The notes below the pieces were generated by a model. That model saw nothing but the letters and a program-made list of their open reading frames with translations, ran no database searches and was not told where the DNA came from. Shown one piece after another: positions 1-11,200 of a DNA stretch of 64,000 nucleotides. Source of the stretch: Gemmatimonadales bacterium (lineage in GTDB: Bacteria > Gemmatimonadota > Gemmatimonadetes > Gemmatimonadales > GWC2-71-9); the NCBI GenBank assembly GCA_035518815.1, contig DATIXG010000139.1, positions 1,206-65,205 on the forward strand, given 5' to 3'. Each line of letters begins with the position of its first letter. The first letter of the stretch is position 1. A program made the translations under genes and the position numbers.

Positions 1-119
1 CCCTGGCGGCCCGGCTCGGAAAGGCGGGCCAGCGGATGGTGCGGGAGGAGTTCAGCTGGTCGACGATCGTAGCGCGATGGGAGGAGTGTTACGCGGCCGC
101 GGTGCAGCGGGGGAGTTAG
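1..119 (+). CDS. C-terminal fragment of a glycosyltransferase (GT4-like); 5' end lies outside the window
   Basis: Frame 3 is open from the window edge to TAG 117-119. It translates to LAARLGKAGQRMVREEFSWSTIVARWEECYAAAVQRGS, a tail typical of GT4 enzymes. The fragment is short, so the call is weak. Confidence 0.4.
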   Translation, partial: LAARLGKAGQRMVREEFSWSTIVARWEECYAAAVQRGS

Positions 120-1078
120 GACTCCCGGTCCCCTCCCTGCCGCAGCCGCTCGACCTCCTGTTCCAATGCGCGCACCTGCTCGCGGATCCCCGCCACCAGC
201 TCTCCCACGAACCCGAAGCCGAACAGAATCAGGCCCGACAGGACGAGCAGCATGATGAGGTTGAGCAGCGGCCTGAACCCTGCCCCGAACAGGTAGCGCT
301 CGACGAGCGCATACACGCCGACCAGCGTGCCGAGCAGGACGAGCACGGCGCCGGAGAGCCCGAAGAAGAGCATCGGTTTGCGCCCGAACCGCAGCTGGAA
401 CCACACGGACAGCAGATCGAGGACGCCCACGGGGATCCGGCTCAGGCCGAACTTGGAGCGGCCGGCGCGGCGCGGATACAACGGCACGGGCTGTTCGAGC
501 AGCCGAAAGCCCTCAGCCGCGGCGATCACAACCATGAATCGATGCCAATCGGGCCGCATCGGCACCGCGTCCATCACTTCGCGGCGATAGGCCTTCACCG
601 AATTCAGGTCCGTGACGCGCACGCCGAACAACCAGCGGCACAGCGTGTTGTAGACCCACGACACGAGCCGCTTCTCGTAGTGACCCTGCTTGGTCCCGGT
701 TACGATGTCGGCCTTCCCCGCCAGGATAGGGGCGACGAGCGACGGGATGTCGGCCGGCGCGTACTGCAGATCGGCCGGATAGAACACCAGCACGCGGCCG
801 CGCGCCTCATCGGTGCCGGACCGGAGCGCGTCCGCGATCCCCCGCTGGCTGCGGTGCGTCACAACATGCAGGAATGGATAGGTCGTCTGCAGCTCCTCGA
901 GCACCTGCGCCGACCCATCTTCGCTCCCATCGTTCACGACGACCAGCTCGCACGTATAGGGCACCGCCTTCAGCGCGTCGGCGACCTGGCGGACGAACTC
1001 GGGCAGGTTTTCCGCCTCGTCCTTGGCCGGTACGAGGATGCTCACCTCCGGACTCGTGTCGAGCGCGACCAGGGTCAT
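116..1078 (-). CDS. Family 2 glycosyltransferase, polyprenyl-phosphate sugar transferase type (ArnC/DPM1-like), with two C-terminal TM helices
   Basis: 320 aa starting at MTLVALDTSPEVSILVPAKDEAENL. Has the GT2 signature VVNDGSEDGS and YPADLQY, and a hydrophobic C-terminus. Its ATG 1078 overlaps the rpoN stop (ATGA). The longer 598-aa ORF runs through rpoN in another frame and was rejected. Confidence 0.8.
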   Translation of the reverse strand: MTLVALDTSPEVSILVPAKDEAENLPEFVRQVADALKAVPYTCELVVVNDGSEDGSAQVLEELQTTYPFLHVVTHRSQRGIADALRSGTDEARGRVLVFYPADLQYAPADIPSLVAPILAGKADIVTGTKQGHYEKRLVSWVYNTLCRWLFGVRVTDLNSVKAYRREVMDAVPMRPDWHRFMVVIAAAEGFRLLEQPVPLYPRRAGRSKFGLSRIPVGVLDLLSVWFQLRFGRKPMLFFGLSGAVLVLLGTLVGVYALVERYLFGAGFRPLLNLIMLLVLSGLILFGFGFVGELVAGIREQVRALEQEVERLRQGGDRES

Positions 1079-2616
1079 ACGCGGCGGCGCATGCGGGCCG
1101 GGAGAATGGTGAGCTGGTCGCGGTACTTGGCGACCGTGCGTCGCGCGATCTTCACGCCCTTCTGCTCGAACAGCTCGACGATCTGCTGGTCCGTCAGGGG
1201 GTTCTTCGGGTCCTCGTCCGCCACGAGCTTGCGGATCTGCGCCTTGATGGAGCGGGCGCTCGCATCCTCGCCCGTGGTCGTGGCCAGGCCGCTCGAGAAG
1301 AAGAACTTGAGCGGCAGGAGTCCGCGGGGGGTCTGGACGTATTTCTCGTTGGTCACTCGGCTGACCGTGCTCTCGTGCATGTTGATGACGTCGGCGACCT
1401 CGCGGAGCGTGAGCGGCTTCAGGTACTCGACGCCCTTCTCGAAGAAGTCCCGCTGCCGGTCCACGATGAAGTTCATCACCTTGAGCATGGTCTGGCGCCG
1501 CTGCTCGATCGCCTGGATCATCCAGTGCGCGCTGTTCAAGCGCTGGTTGATGAAGTCCTTGTTCTCTCCCTGGAAGCTCTTTTTGTCGCGCGCGATCTCC
1601 TGATAGACCTTCGAGATGCGGAGGCGCGGCAGTCCGACGTCGTTCAGGAAGACGTGATACTTGCCGTCGATCTTCTCCACGATCAGATCGGGCGTGATGT
1701 AGGACTCGCTCGCCGCGGAGTACTGCAGGCCGGGCTTGGGATCGAGCTTCGCGAGCTCGTCCGCGACGCGCTGGACCTCCGTCGGATCGAGGCCGAACCG
1801 CTTGCCCAGCTCGCTCCAGCGGTGCCCCTTCAAGTCGTCCCAGGCGTCCCGCACGAGGCGGTAGACGAGGGTGTCCGTCTTCTTCTGGTCCTCGAGCTGG
1901 AGCAGCACGCACTCCCGGAGGTCCCGAGCAGCGATGCCGGGGGGATCGAGGTGCTGAATGATGCGCAGCAGCTCCTCGGCCTCCGCGACGGTATAGAGCG
2001 GGACGGCCGGCGCCCCGGCGACAGCTGCGGGCGCATCTTCCCCCTCGTGCTGGGCGGGCTCCGTCGTGTTGTGCTCCTCCCCGCCGCCCGTTTCGGGGGT
2101 CGCGGCGTGTGCTGCGTGCTCGGTGAGCAGCCGGTTCGCTCCCGCGGCGATCTCCTCGAGCGTGGCGCCCAGGTAGCCGTCCTCCGCGATGTTGCCGAGG
2201 AATTCTTCCGCGAGCAACTGCTGGCGCGGCGTGAGGTCGAGCATGCGCACCTGCTCGCGCAGGTAATCGATCAAGTCGCGGCCCTCGACCGAAACGGGCT
2301 CGACGTATTCCTTGGCCTCGCTCATGTCGCGGGACGGGACCATCATGTCGGCGCCATCATCGAGCAGGATATCTTCCCAGTTGGGCTCGTCGTCCCCGGT
2401 CTTCTCGGGCTCGGCCGGCTTCTCCTCGGCGACCGGGACTTCCGTCTCCTCCTCCGGCTCCTCCATCTCGAGGAAAGGATTCCCCAGCAGCTCCTGCTTC
2501 AGGTGCTGCTGCAAATCGAGCAGCGGCATGTACAGGAGGTCCATCGCCTGGTACAGGCGAGGATTGATCCGCAGCTCCTGGCGGAGCGACGTGTGCTGAT
2601 GCAGGCCGGTCTTCAT
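1075..2616 (-). CDS. rpoN: RNA polymerase sigma-54 factor
   Basis: 513 aa. N-terminus is MKTGLHQHTSLRQELRINPRLYQAM (sigma-54 region I). An acidic linker follows. The C-terminus carries the HTH and the RpoN box ARRTVAKYR. It lies directly downstream of lptB, as in the E. coli lptB-rpoN locus. Confidence 0.95.
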   Translation of the reverse strand: MKTGLHQHTSLRQELRINPRLYQAMDLLYMPLLDLQQHLKQELLGNPFLEMEEPEEETEVPVAEEKPAEPEKTGDDEPNWEDILLDDGADMMVPSRDMSEAKEYVEPVSVEGRDLIDYLREQVRMLDLTPRQQLLAEEFLGNIAEDGYLGATLEEIAAGANRLLTEHAAHAATPETGGGEEHNTTEPAQHEGEDAPAAVAGAPAVPLYTVAEAEELLRIIQHLDPPGIAARDLRECVLLQLEDQKKTDTLVYRLVRDAWDDLKGHRWSELGKRFGLDPTEVQRVADELAKLDPKPGLQYSAASESYITPDLIVEKIDGKYHVFLNDVGLPRLRISKVYQEIARDKKSFQGENKDFINQRLNSAHWMIQAIEQRRQTMLKVMNFIVDRQRDFFEKGVEYLKPLTLREVADVINMHESTVSRVTNEKYVQTPRGLLPLKFFFSSGLATTTGEDASARSIKAQIRKLVADEDPKNPLTDQQIVELFEQKGVKIARRTVAKYRDQLTILPARMRRRV

Positions 2617-3794
2617 GCCGCGGCCGTGAGACGCGAGCGCAGGCGCGCCGTCAAGGTGGGACCGAGATACGCGTCGGAGACGCGGTCGTCGAACACCAGC
2701 TCCCGCACCGTGCCCGAGACCTGCACCTTGCCTTCGAACATGATGTAGGCGCGGTCAACGATGTCCAGCGTCTGCTCCACGCTGTGATCCGTGATGAGCA
2801 CGCCGATGCCGCGGTGGCGCAGGCCGGCCACGATGGTCTGGATGTCGTGGACCGCAATCGGGTCCACGCCCGCGAAGGGCTCATCGAGCAGCATGAACTT
2901 GGGCTCCGTGACGAGCGCGCGGGTGATCTCGAGCCGGCGCCGCTCGCCGCCCGAAAGCTGGAAGCCCTTCTGGTGGCGCAGGTGCTTGATCGCCAGGTCG
3001 TCGAGCACCCGCTCGAGGCGGGTCGCCCGCTCCCCGTCGGACAGCGGGAGCATCTCGAGGATGGCCAGCACGTTCTCCTCGACCGTGAGCTTGCGGAACA
3101 CCGACGGTTCCTGCGCGAGATAGCCCAGCCCGGAGCGCGCGCGTCGGTACATCGGGTCGTCGGTGATATCCTGCCCGTCGAGCGTGATTTTGCCTTCGTC
3201 GGCGCGGACGAGACCCGTCATCATGTAGAAGGTGGTGGTCTTCCCCGCGCCGTTCGGGCCGAGCAGGCCGACGATCTCGCCCTGCTCGAGGTGCAGACTG
3301 ACGTCGTTCACCACGCGCCGGCCCTTGTACACCTTCGCGAGATGATGGGCGTCGAGGACGGTGCCGCTCCCCATGCGGGGGTACTCGCCGCTCGAGTGTT
3401 CTGCGCGCGAGCTGGCGCGCTCGGCCACCATGGCGAAGTGCTGCGCGGCGGCCTGGCGATCGTGCGCGATCTGAGCCCAGACGTGGGGATAGAACGCCAC
3501 CCGGGCGTCGCTCGACAGCGGCTCGGGAGGCAGCGCAACGAGCTGGAGCACGGCGAGCCGGGGAAGCACGGAATTGGCCAGGTTGGTCCGAACCTCATCC
3601 ACCGAGAGGCTGCCCGGATCGGGAGCTGCGTCGCCGAGTGTGTGCGCGCGGAGTCGGAGAAACTCCTCGCGGTATGCGATGGCGAGGTCGTGGAAGCGAG
3701 CCTCCCCGTGCTCGTCCGCGATGCGGGCGAGCGCCGCTGACACGAGCGCGAGCGACGCGTCGCGGGTCGAGAGGTCGTCGCGGCCGCTCGTCAT
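2613..3794 (-). CDS. lptB: LPS export ABC transporter ATP-binding protein LptB with an in-frame ~140-aa N-terminal extension
   Basis: The C-terminal 253 aa are a canonical ABC ATPase (Walker A GPNGAGKTT, signature LSGGERRR, Walker B MLLDEPF). The upstream 140 codons are in frame with no stop. In two 60-nt samples their third positions were 19/20 and 17/20 G/C. ATG 3794 overlaps the stop of the upstream gene (ATGA). An alternative internal start is ATG 3374. Confidence 0.85.
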   Translation of the reverse strand: MTSGRDDLSTRDASLALVSAALARIADEHGEARFHDLAIAYREEFLRLRAHTLGDAAPDPGSLSVDEVRTNLANSVLPRLAVLQLVALPPEPLSSDARVAFYPHVWAQIAHDRQAAAQHFAMVAERASSRAEHSSGEYPRMGSGTVLDAHHLAKVYKGRRVVNDVSLHLEQGEIVGLLGPNGAGKTTTFYMMTGLVRADEGKITLDGQDITDDPMYRRARSGLGYLAQEPSVFRKLTVEENVLAILEMLPLSDGERATRLERVLDDLAIKHLRHQKGFQLSGGERRRLEITRALVTEPKFMLLDEPFAGVDPIAVHDIQTIVAGLRHRGIGVLITDHSVEQTLDIVDRAYIMFEGKVQVSGTVRELVFDDRVSDAYLGPTLTARLRSRLTAAA

Positions 3795-5197
3795 GAGCGC
3801 CCCCGGCGCGGTGATGGAGGAGGAGACGACGCGGGCGGCCGCGTCGCCGGCTTGGCCCGTTTCGTACTGTCCGTCGGTGGCGGAGGTGGCGGCACGGGCT
3901 CGAGCTCGATGCCGTCGGCGCGTCCGGTGACGAGCACTTGCCGGATGCTGTCGCCCCGGAACGTGACGTCGATGACGGTACCGCGCGAGTAGTTGAGCGA
4001 TGGCGCGCTCACCGTGGAATCGTGCGCGTTGCGCATGTGGGTCAGCGCCCGGGCGGAGCCCCGCGCCACGAGATGCTGGAGCTGAGTCGCCGTGGTCTTG
4101 GTCGCCGTGGAGCGGGTGGGTGCGGTCGCCCAATGCGCGGTGATCGTGTCCCCGGTCATCCAGTTGCGTCCGGCCGAGGGGTCGCCGGTCGTATCCCCCT
4201 GCGAGGTGGACAGCGCATGCCCGAAGGCCCGCGCCTCCGTCAGGACCTCGTCCGGCGCATCGAGCGCGAGCGAATCGGCCTCGATGGTGTGGCGGGTGGA
4301 GACCGCGCGGGGGCGCGTCGAGTCTCCCCAGGCAAAGGCGCGCTGCAGCTTGCGGCGCTCCATGAGGAAGTGGATCGTGTCGGCCGTGAGGTGCCAGTCG
4401 GTCGAGGTGGCCGATCCGGCGCCGAGCGCCTTGATCACACGGACCTCGCGGCCATTCAAGCCGAGCTCGATGCGGCGGCCGGTGAGGACGTAGCCACGCG
4501 GGCCCTTCCCCTGCACGCGGGGTTTGCCGACCAGCACGCTGCGTCCGGCCGCTTCGTCACGCATCATGGAGTCGGCGCTCGCGGCAAAGTCGCTGCGGTC
4601 GATGGTCACGCTGCCGCCCGCCCACATCCGGTCGTTGCCCTTCGTGCGCACCCGATCGCCGACGATGATGTACGGCTCGCCCGAGTCACCGACGCTGCGG
4701 TACTCGATCGTGGGTCGCGACGAGGCGTACATCTCCATCGTATCCCGGACACCGCGGACCACGCGGTAGTAGACGAGGTTCGGTCCGCGCAGTACCGACC
4801 CGTTCGCGCGGCTCACGGCGACGACGTTCTTGTGCGCGTCGAGCCGCTCCTGCCGCACGAAGTAGTTGACCGTCACGGCGTCGAGCGACATGGCGGAATC
4901 GCGGATCTGTACGCCGCCCAGCAGGTCGAGCCGCCCCTCCCCGGCGTACCAGGCCAGACTGTCCGCGGTGATGGTACTGGCCGTTCCCTGGCAGTGGCCG
5001 CGCACGCCGCCGCCGGCGAACAGGTTCGTCTCGCCCGGCCGCACTTCCACCTGCCGCCCGTAGTGGCCGACCGTGTCGACCACGATCTTGCAGGGCCGGC
5101 CCGCGGTCGTGTCCCGCCCCTGGACGGGACGGGGGGGCGCCTGCGAGCGGCCTGACGGGTGCTGGAGAAGGGCGAGCGTGAGCATGGCACCGATCAT
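3791..5197 (-). CDS. Large LptA/OstA-family periplasmic protein with a Pro-rich C-terminal tail
   Basis: 468 aa. Sits between the LptC-like gene and lptB. Contains repeated beta-rich segments of OstA type (for example GNDRMWAGGSVTIDRSDFAASADSM and DWHLTADTIHF). The tail is EPVPPPPPPTDSTKRAKPATRPPASSPPPSP. The call rests on position plus weak similarity. Confidence 0.55.
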   Translation of the reverse strand: MIGAMLTLALLQHPSGRSQAPPRPVQGRDTTAGRPCKIVVDTVGHYGRQVEVRPGETNLFAGGGVRGHCQGTASTITADSLAWYAGEGRLDLLGGVQIRDSAMSLDAVTVNYFVRQERLDAHKNVVAVSRANGSVLRGPNLVYYRVVRGVRDTMEMYASSRPTIEYRSVGDSGEPYIIVGDRVRTKGNDRMWAGGSVTIDRSDFAASADSMMRDEAAGRSVLVGKPRVQGKGPRGYVLTGRRIELGLNGREVRVIKALGAGSATSTDWHLTADTIHFLMERRKLQRAFAWGDSTRPRAVSTRHTIEADSLALDAPDEVLTEARAFGHALSTSQGDTTGDPSAGRNWMTGDTITAHWATAPTRSTATKTTATQLQHLVARGSARALTHMRNAHDSTVSAPSLNYSRGTVIDVTFRGDSIRQVLVTGRADGIELEPVPPPPPPTDSTKRAKPATRPPASSPPPSPRRGRS

Positions 5198-5733
5198 TGG
5201 TCGGGGAGCGTGAACCCGCCGCCCGTGCCCTTCGGGTGCTTGGCGACGACGTTCTTGAACTCGGGGTCGGACGTGAACCCTTCGCCCTCGATGTGGCGGT
5301 CAGGACTGTCGAACACGAATGCCCCGTCGCTCGTCACCTCGTTCTTGGCTTCGTTGAAGTGCATCTGCGCGGTGCGGAGGGTGCGGCCGTCCGTCGTCAC
5401 GACGACGACGCTCCCGCGCGCCTCCATGTCGCTCGTCCGCCAGTCGTAGGTCCCCTCCTTGGACGTGAGGGACGAGGTCTCGTTGCCGGCCAGGCCGTAG
5501 AAGGTGATGTGCACGTTGCGCAACAGCGCCGACTGGGTCGCCGAATAGAAATACGCGGTGTCGGCCCGCACCCGCGCGCGCTGCACGCCGTTGTTGGTGA
5601 CGTAGTGCGACATCCCGATGAGGACCTGATCCGCTGAATCGGCCGGCGAGACGGTCGCCATCGGGCGGCCGCCGTCGCGGCAGGCGAGGGCGGCGACCAG
5701 CGGAGCCGCGGCGAACAGGGCCCACCCGCTCAT
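5194..5733 (-). CDS. LptC-like lipoprotein (LPS export component)
   Basis: 179 aa starting at MSGWALFAAAPLVAALAC, a lipobox-like signal. It occupies the LptC position between kdsD and the lptA-like gene. ATGA overlaps occur on both sides. Confidence 0.5.
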   Translation of the reverse strand: MSGWALFAAAPLVAALACRDGGRPMATVSPADSADQVLIGMSHYVTNNGVQRARVRADTAYFYSATQSALLRNVHITFYGLAGNETSSLTSKEGTYDWRTSDMEARGSVVVVTTDGRTLRTAQMHFNEAKNEVTSDGAFVFDSPDRHIEGEGFTSDPEFKNVVAKHPKGTGGGFTLPDQ

Positions 5734-6704
5734 GCGGCACCCGCGCGCATCAGGTCGTGCAGGTGCACCATGCCCACGAGCCGGGCCCCGCCGTCGAGCA
5801 CCGGCAGCGCCATGATCCCGTGCCGCTCCATCAGGCCCACGGCCGCGGCGGCCATCTCGTCGGGCGTGGTGGTCTTGGGCGCGCGCGTCATCACGTCCCG
5901 CACGGGCGTATCGAGGAACTCTCTGGTGCGCTCCATCAGGCGCGTGAGATCGCCCGCCGTGACCACGCCCTGGAGGCTGCCGGTGCCGTTGACGACGGCC
6001 ACGGTGCCCCGCTTCCGGGCCAGGAGCACGACGCACTCCCGCATGGGCCGGTCCGGCGGGAGCGTCGGCAGCTCGTCGGTCAGCATCACGTCGCGCACGC
6101 GCAGGAGCAGCTGGCGTCCAAGCGAGCCGCCCGGGTGGAGCGCGGCGAACTGCTCGCGACCGAAGCCTTTGACTTCGAGCAACGCCACCGCGAGGGCATC
6201 GCCGAGGGCCAGCGCGGCGCTCGTGCTCGTGGTGGGCACGAGGGTCTCGTCGCACGCCTCCTCGGACACCGCCGCGTCGAGGACGATGTCGGCCTGGCGA
6301 GCGAGCAGCGAGTCGAGCGCGCCCGTGATGGCGATGATCGGCACGCTGAGGCGCTTGAGCTGACCCACGAGCCCGAACAGCTCGTCAGAGGCACCGCTCT
6401 TCGAGAGGAGGACGGCGGCGTCCCCGGCGCCTACGATGCCGAGATCTCCGTGGAGGGAGTCGACGGGGTGCAGGAAGCTCGCCGGGGTGCCGGTCGACGT
6501 GAGTGTCGCGGCGATCTTCTGCGCGACGAGGCCGGACTTGCCGAGTCCGGAGACGATGATGCGTCCCCGGGTCCGCTGGAGGAGCTCCACGGCGGCGGCA
6601 AAACTGGGCCCGAGGCGCGCCGCCACCTGGCGGATCGCCTCCGCCTCGAGGCTCAGGACGCGGCGCCCGCGCTCAACCAGTTCCGGTGCGTCGCTGTGCG
6701 ACAT
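5730..6704 (-). CDS. kdsD: Arabinose-5-phosphate isomerase (SIS domain plus CBS pair)
   Basis: SIS motifs IIVSGLGKSGLVAQKIAATL and LLSKSGASDE. A C-terminal CBS pair is present (VRDVMT...GMVHLHDLMR). ATG 6704 is preferred over the TTG at 6716 and is preceded by GAGG. Confidence 0.9.
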   Translation of the reverse strand: MSHSDAPELVERGRRVLSLEAEAIRQVAARLGPSFAAAVELLQRTRGRIIVSGLGKSGLVAQKIAATLTSTGTPASFLHPVDSLHGDLGIVGAGDAAVLLSKSGASDELFGLVGQLKRLSVPIIAITGALDSLLARQADIVLDAAVSEEACDETLVPTTSTSAALALGDALAVALLEVKGFGREQFAALHPGGSLGRQLLLRVRDVMLTDELPTLPPDRPMRECVVLLARKRGTVAVVNGTGSLQGVVTAGDLTRLMERTREFLDTPVRDVMTRAPKTTTPDEMAAAAVGLMERHGIMALPVLDGGARLVGMVHLHDLMRAGAA

Positions 6705-7245
6705 CCTGGACCTCAAAGTAGCGAGCCACGAGTCCCTTCCACTCCCCGCGCGCCTTCAACAGGCCCTCGGCGACTTCGCGCACTGCCCCCCAGCCTCCCC
6801 GGGCGGAGGTGACGAACCGGGCGGCCCGCTTCACCTCCTCCGTCGCGTTCGCGACGGCAATGGGCAGCGCGACCGACCGCAGGACCGGCAGGTCCGCCAA
6901 GTCGTCGCCCACGAACGCGCACTGGTCGAGCGAGAAGCCCCGCTTCTCGAGCTCGGCGGCCAGCGCGGGCCGCTTCTTGTCGGGCGGCACCTGCAGCAGG
7001 GCATCGACCTCGAGCTCCTCGGCCCGGACCTCGGATGCCTCCGACGGCCGCGCGCTCACGAGGATGACGGCGAGGCCCACCGACCGCAGCAGCTTGATGC
7101 CGAGGCCGTCCTGCACGTTGAAGCGCTTGAACTCGAGCGGCGTGTGCGCGACGAGGCCGATATAGATCCCGCCGTCGGTCAACACTCCGTCCACGTCGAG
7201 CCCGACCACCTTGATGCGTTTGGCGAGGGCAACGCTGAGCGTCAT
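6673..7245 (-). CDS. kdsC: 3-deoxy-D-manno-octulosonate 8-phosphate phosphatase
   Basis: HAD motifs LDVDGVLTDG and FVGDDLADLP. 190 aa from ATG 7245. Overlaps the kdsD start by 32 nt. Confidence 0.85.
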   Translation of the reverse strand: MTLSVALAKRIKVVGLDVDGVLTDGGIYIGLVAHTPLEFKRFNVQDGLGIKLLRSVGLAVILVSARPSEASEVRAEELEVDALLQVPPDKKRPALAAELEKRGFSLDQCAFVGDDLADLPVLRSVALPIAVANATEEVKRAARFVTSARGGWGAVREVAEGLLKARGEWKGLVARYFEVQDVAQRRTGTG

Positions 7246-7281
7246 GCGAGCCAATGCAGTGTCCTCAGCGAAGGGGGAGTG

Positions 7282-8094
7282 TCACGCCCGAACCGTGTCG
7301 CGGGCGCGCTGCCAGACGTCGAGCGCCACGCCGAGCAGTCCGGGAAGCTGGTCGAGCGGGATCATGGTCGCCCCGTCGCTCGGGGCGTGTTCGGGGTCGG
7401 GGTGGGTCTCGAGAAAGAAGCCATCGGCGCCGGCGGCGGCGGCGGCATAGAGGAGCGGGGGCACGAAGTCGCGGAGCCCGCCGCTCGAGCCCTCGCTGCC
7501 CAGCCCCGGCTGCTGGACCGAGTGCGTCGCGTCGAAGATGGTGGGGACGCCGCAGGCGGCGCGCATCCGCGCGAAATTGCGCATGTCCACCACGAGATCA
7601 CCGTAGCCAAAGAACGTCCCGCGCTCGGTGACGGCGATCTCCGGCGCTCCCCCGGCCCGCACCTTCTCGATCGAGCCGGCCATCGCATCGGCCGCCATCC
7701 ACTGCCCCTTCTTGACGTTCACCGCCCGGTTGGCGCGTCCCGCGGCGACGAGCAGATCCGTCTGGCGGCAGAGAAACGCGGGCACCTGGAGCACGTCGGC
7801 GACGCGGGCGGCGGCGGCGACCTGCGCGACGTCGTGGACGTCGGTGAGGATGGGGAGGCCGGTGGCGTCCCGGACCCGCTCGAGCGCGCGGAGGCCGCCA
7901 TCCACCCCCGGGCCGCGCGGCGCCTTCAGGCGCGAGCGGTTCGCCTTGTCGTAGGAGGCTTTGAAGACCACGTGGATGCCGAGCTTCGCACCCAGCTCCG
8001 CGAGCGATTCGGCCACGCGCAGGTTCAGGTCATCCGATTCGACCACACAGGGCCCCGCAATCAGGAACGGGGCCGCGGCGAAGTGTCGGCTCAT
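7282..8094 (-). CDS. kdsA: 2-dehydro-3-deoxyphosphooctonate aldolase (Kdo-8-P synthase)
   Basis: 270 aa starting at MSRHFAAAPFLIAGPCVVES. Motifs FKASYDKANRS and FDATHSVQ. The rest of the 565-aa ORF overlaps pyrG in another frame. Confidence 0.93.
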   Translation of the reverse strand: MSRHFAAAPFLIAGPCVVESDDLNLRVAESLAELGAKLGIHVVFKASYDKANRSRLKAPRGPGVDGGLRALERVRDATGLPILTDVHDVAQVAAAARVADVLQVPAFLCRQTDLLVAAGRANRAVNVKKGQWMAADAMAGSIEKVRAGGAPEIAVTERGTFFGYGDLVVDMRNFARMRAACGVPTIFDATHSVQQPGLGSEGSSGGLRDFVPPLLYAAAAAGADGFFLETHPDPEHAPSDGATMIPLDQLPGLLGVALDVWQRARDTVRA

Positions 8095-8096
8095 GT

Positions 8097-10510
<2,414 letters not shown>

Positions 10511-10538
10511 GGAAGATACAAGAGTCGTGCCGCGACGT

Positions 10539-11135
<597 letters not shown>

Positions 11136-11200
11136 GAAACAAATGTAAACTGCGGCGGTCAGGCGGTCAGGCAGTCGGAAAAAGCGATAAGATACCAGCC

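Noticed and set aside
874-2748. 624-aa plus-strand ORF antisense to rpoN
   Set aside because: It lies entirely opposite a gene with unmistakable sigma-54 motifs. Its Arg/Ala/Gly/Leu-rich, motif-free translation is typical of open antisense frames in very GC-rich DNA.
11158-11185. Mini tandem repeat GGCGGTCAG-GCGGTCAG-GCAGTCGG in the trpG/LMF1 divergent spacer
   Set aside because: It is too short and degenerate to call a regulatory repeat, and I could not define convincing promoter hexamers around it.
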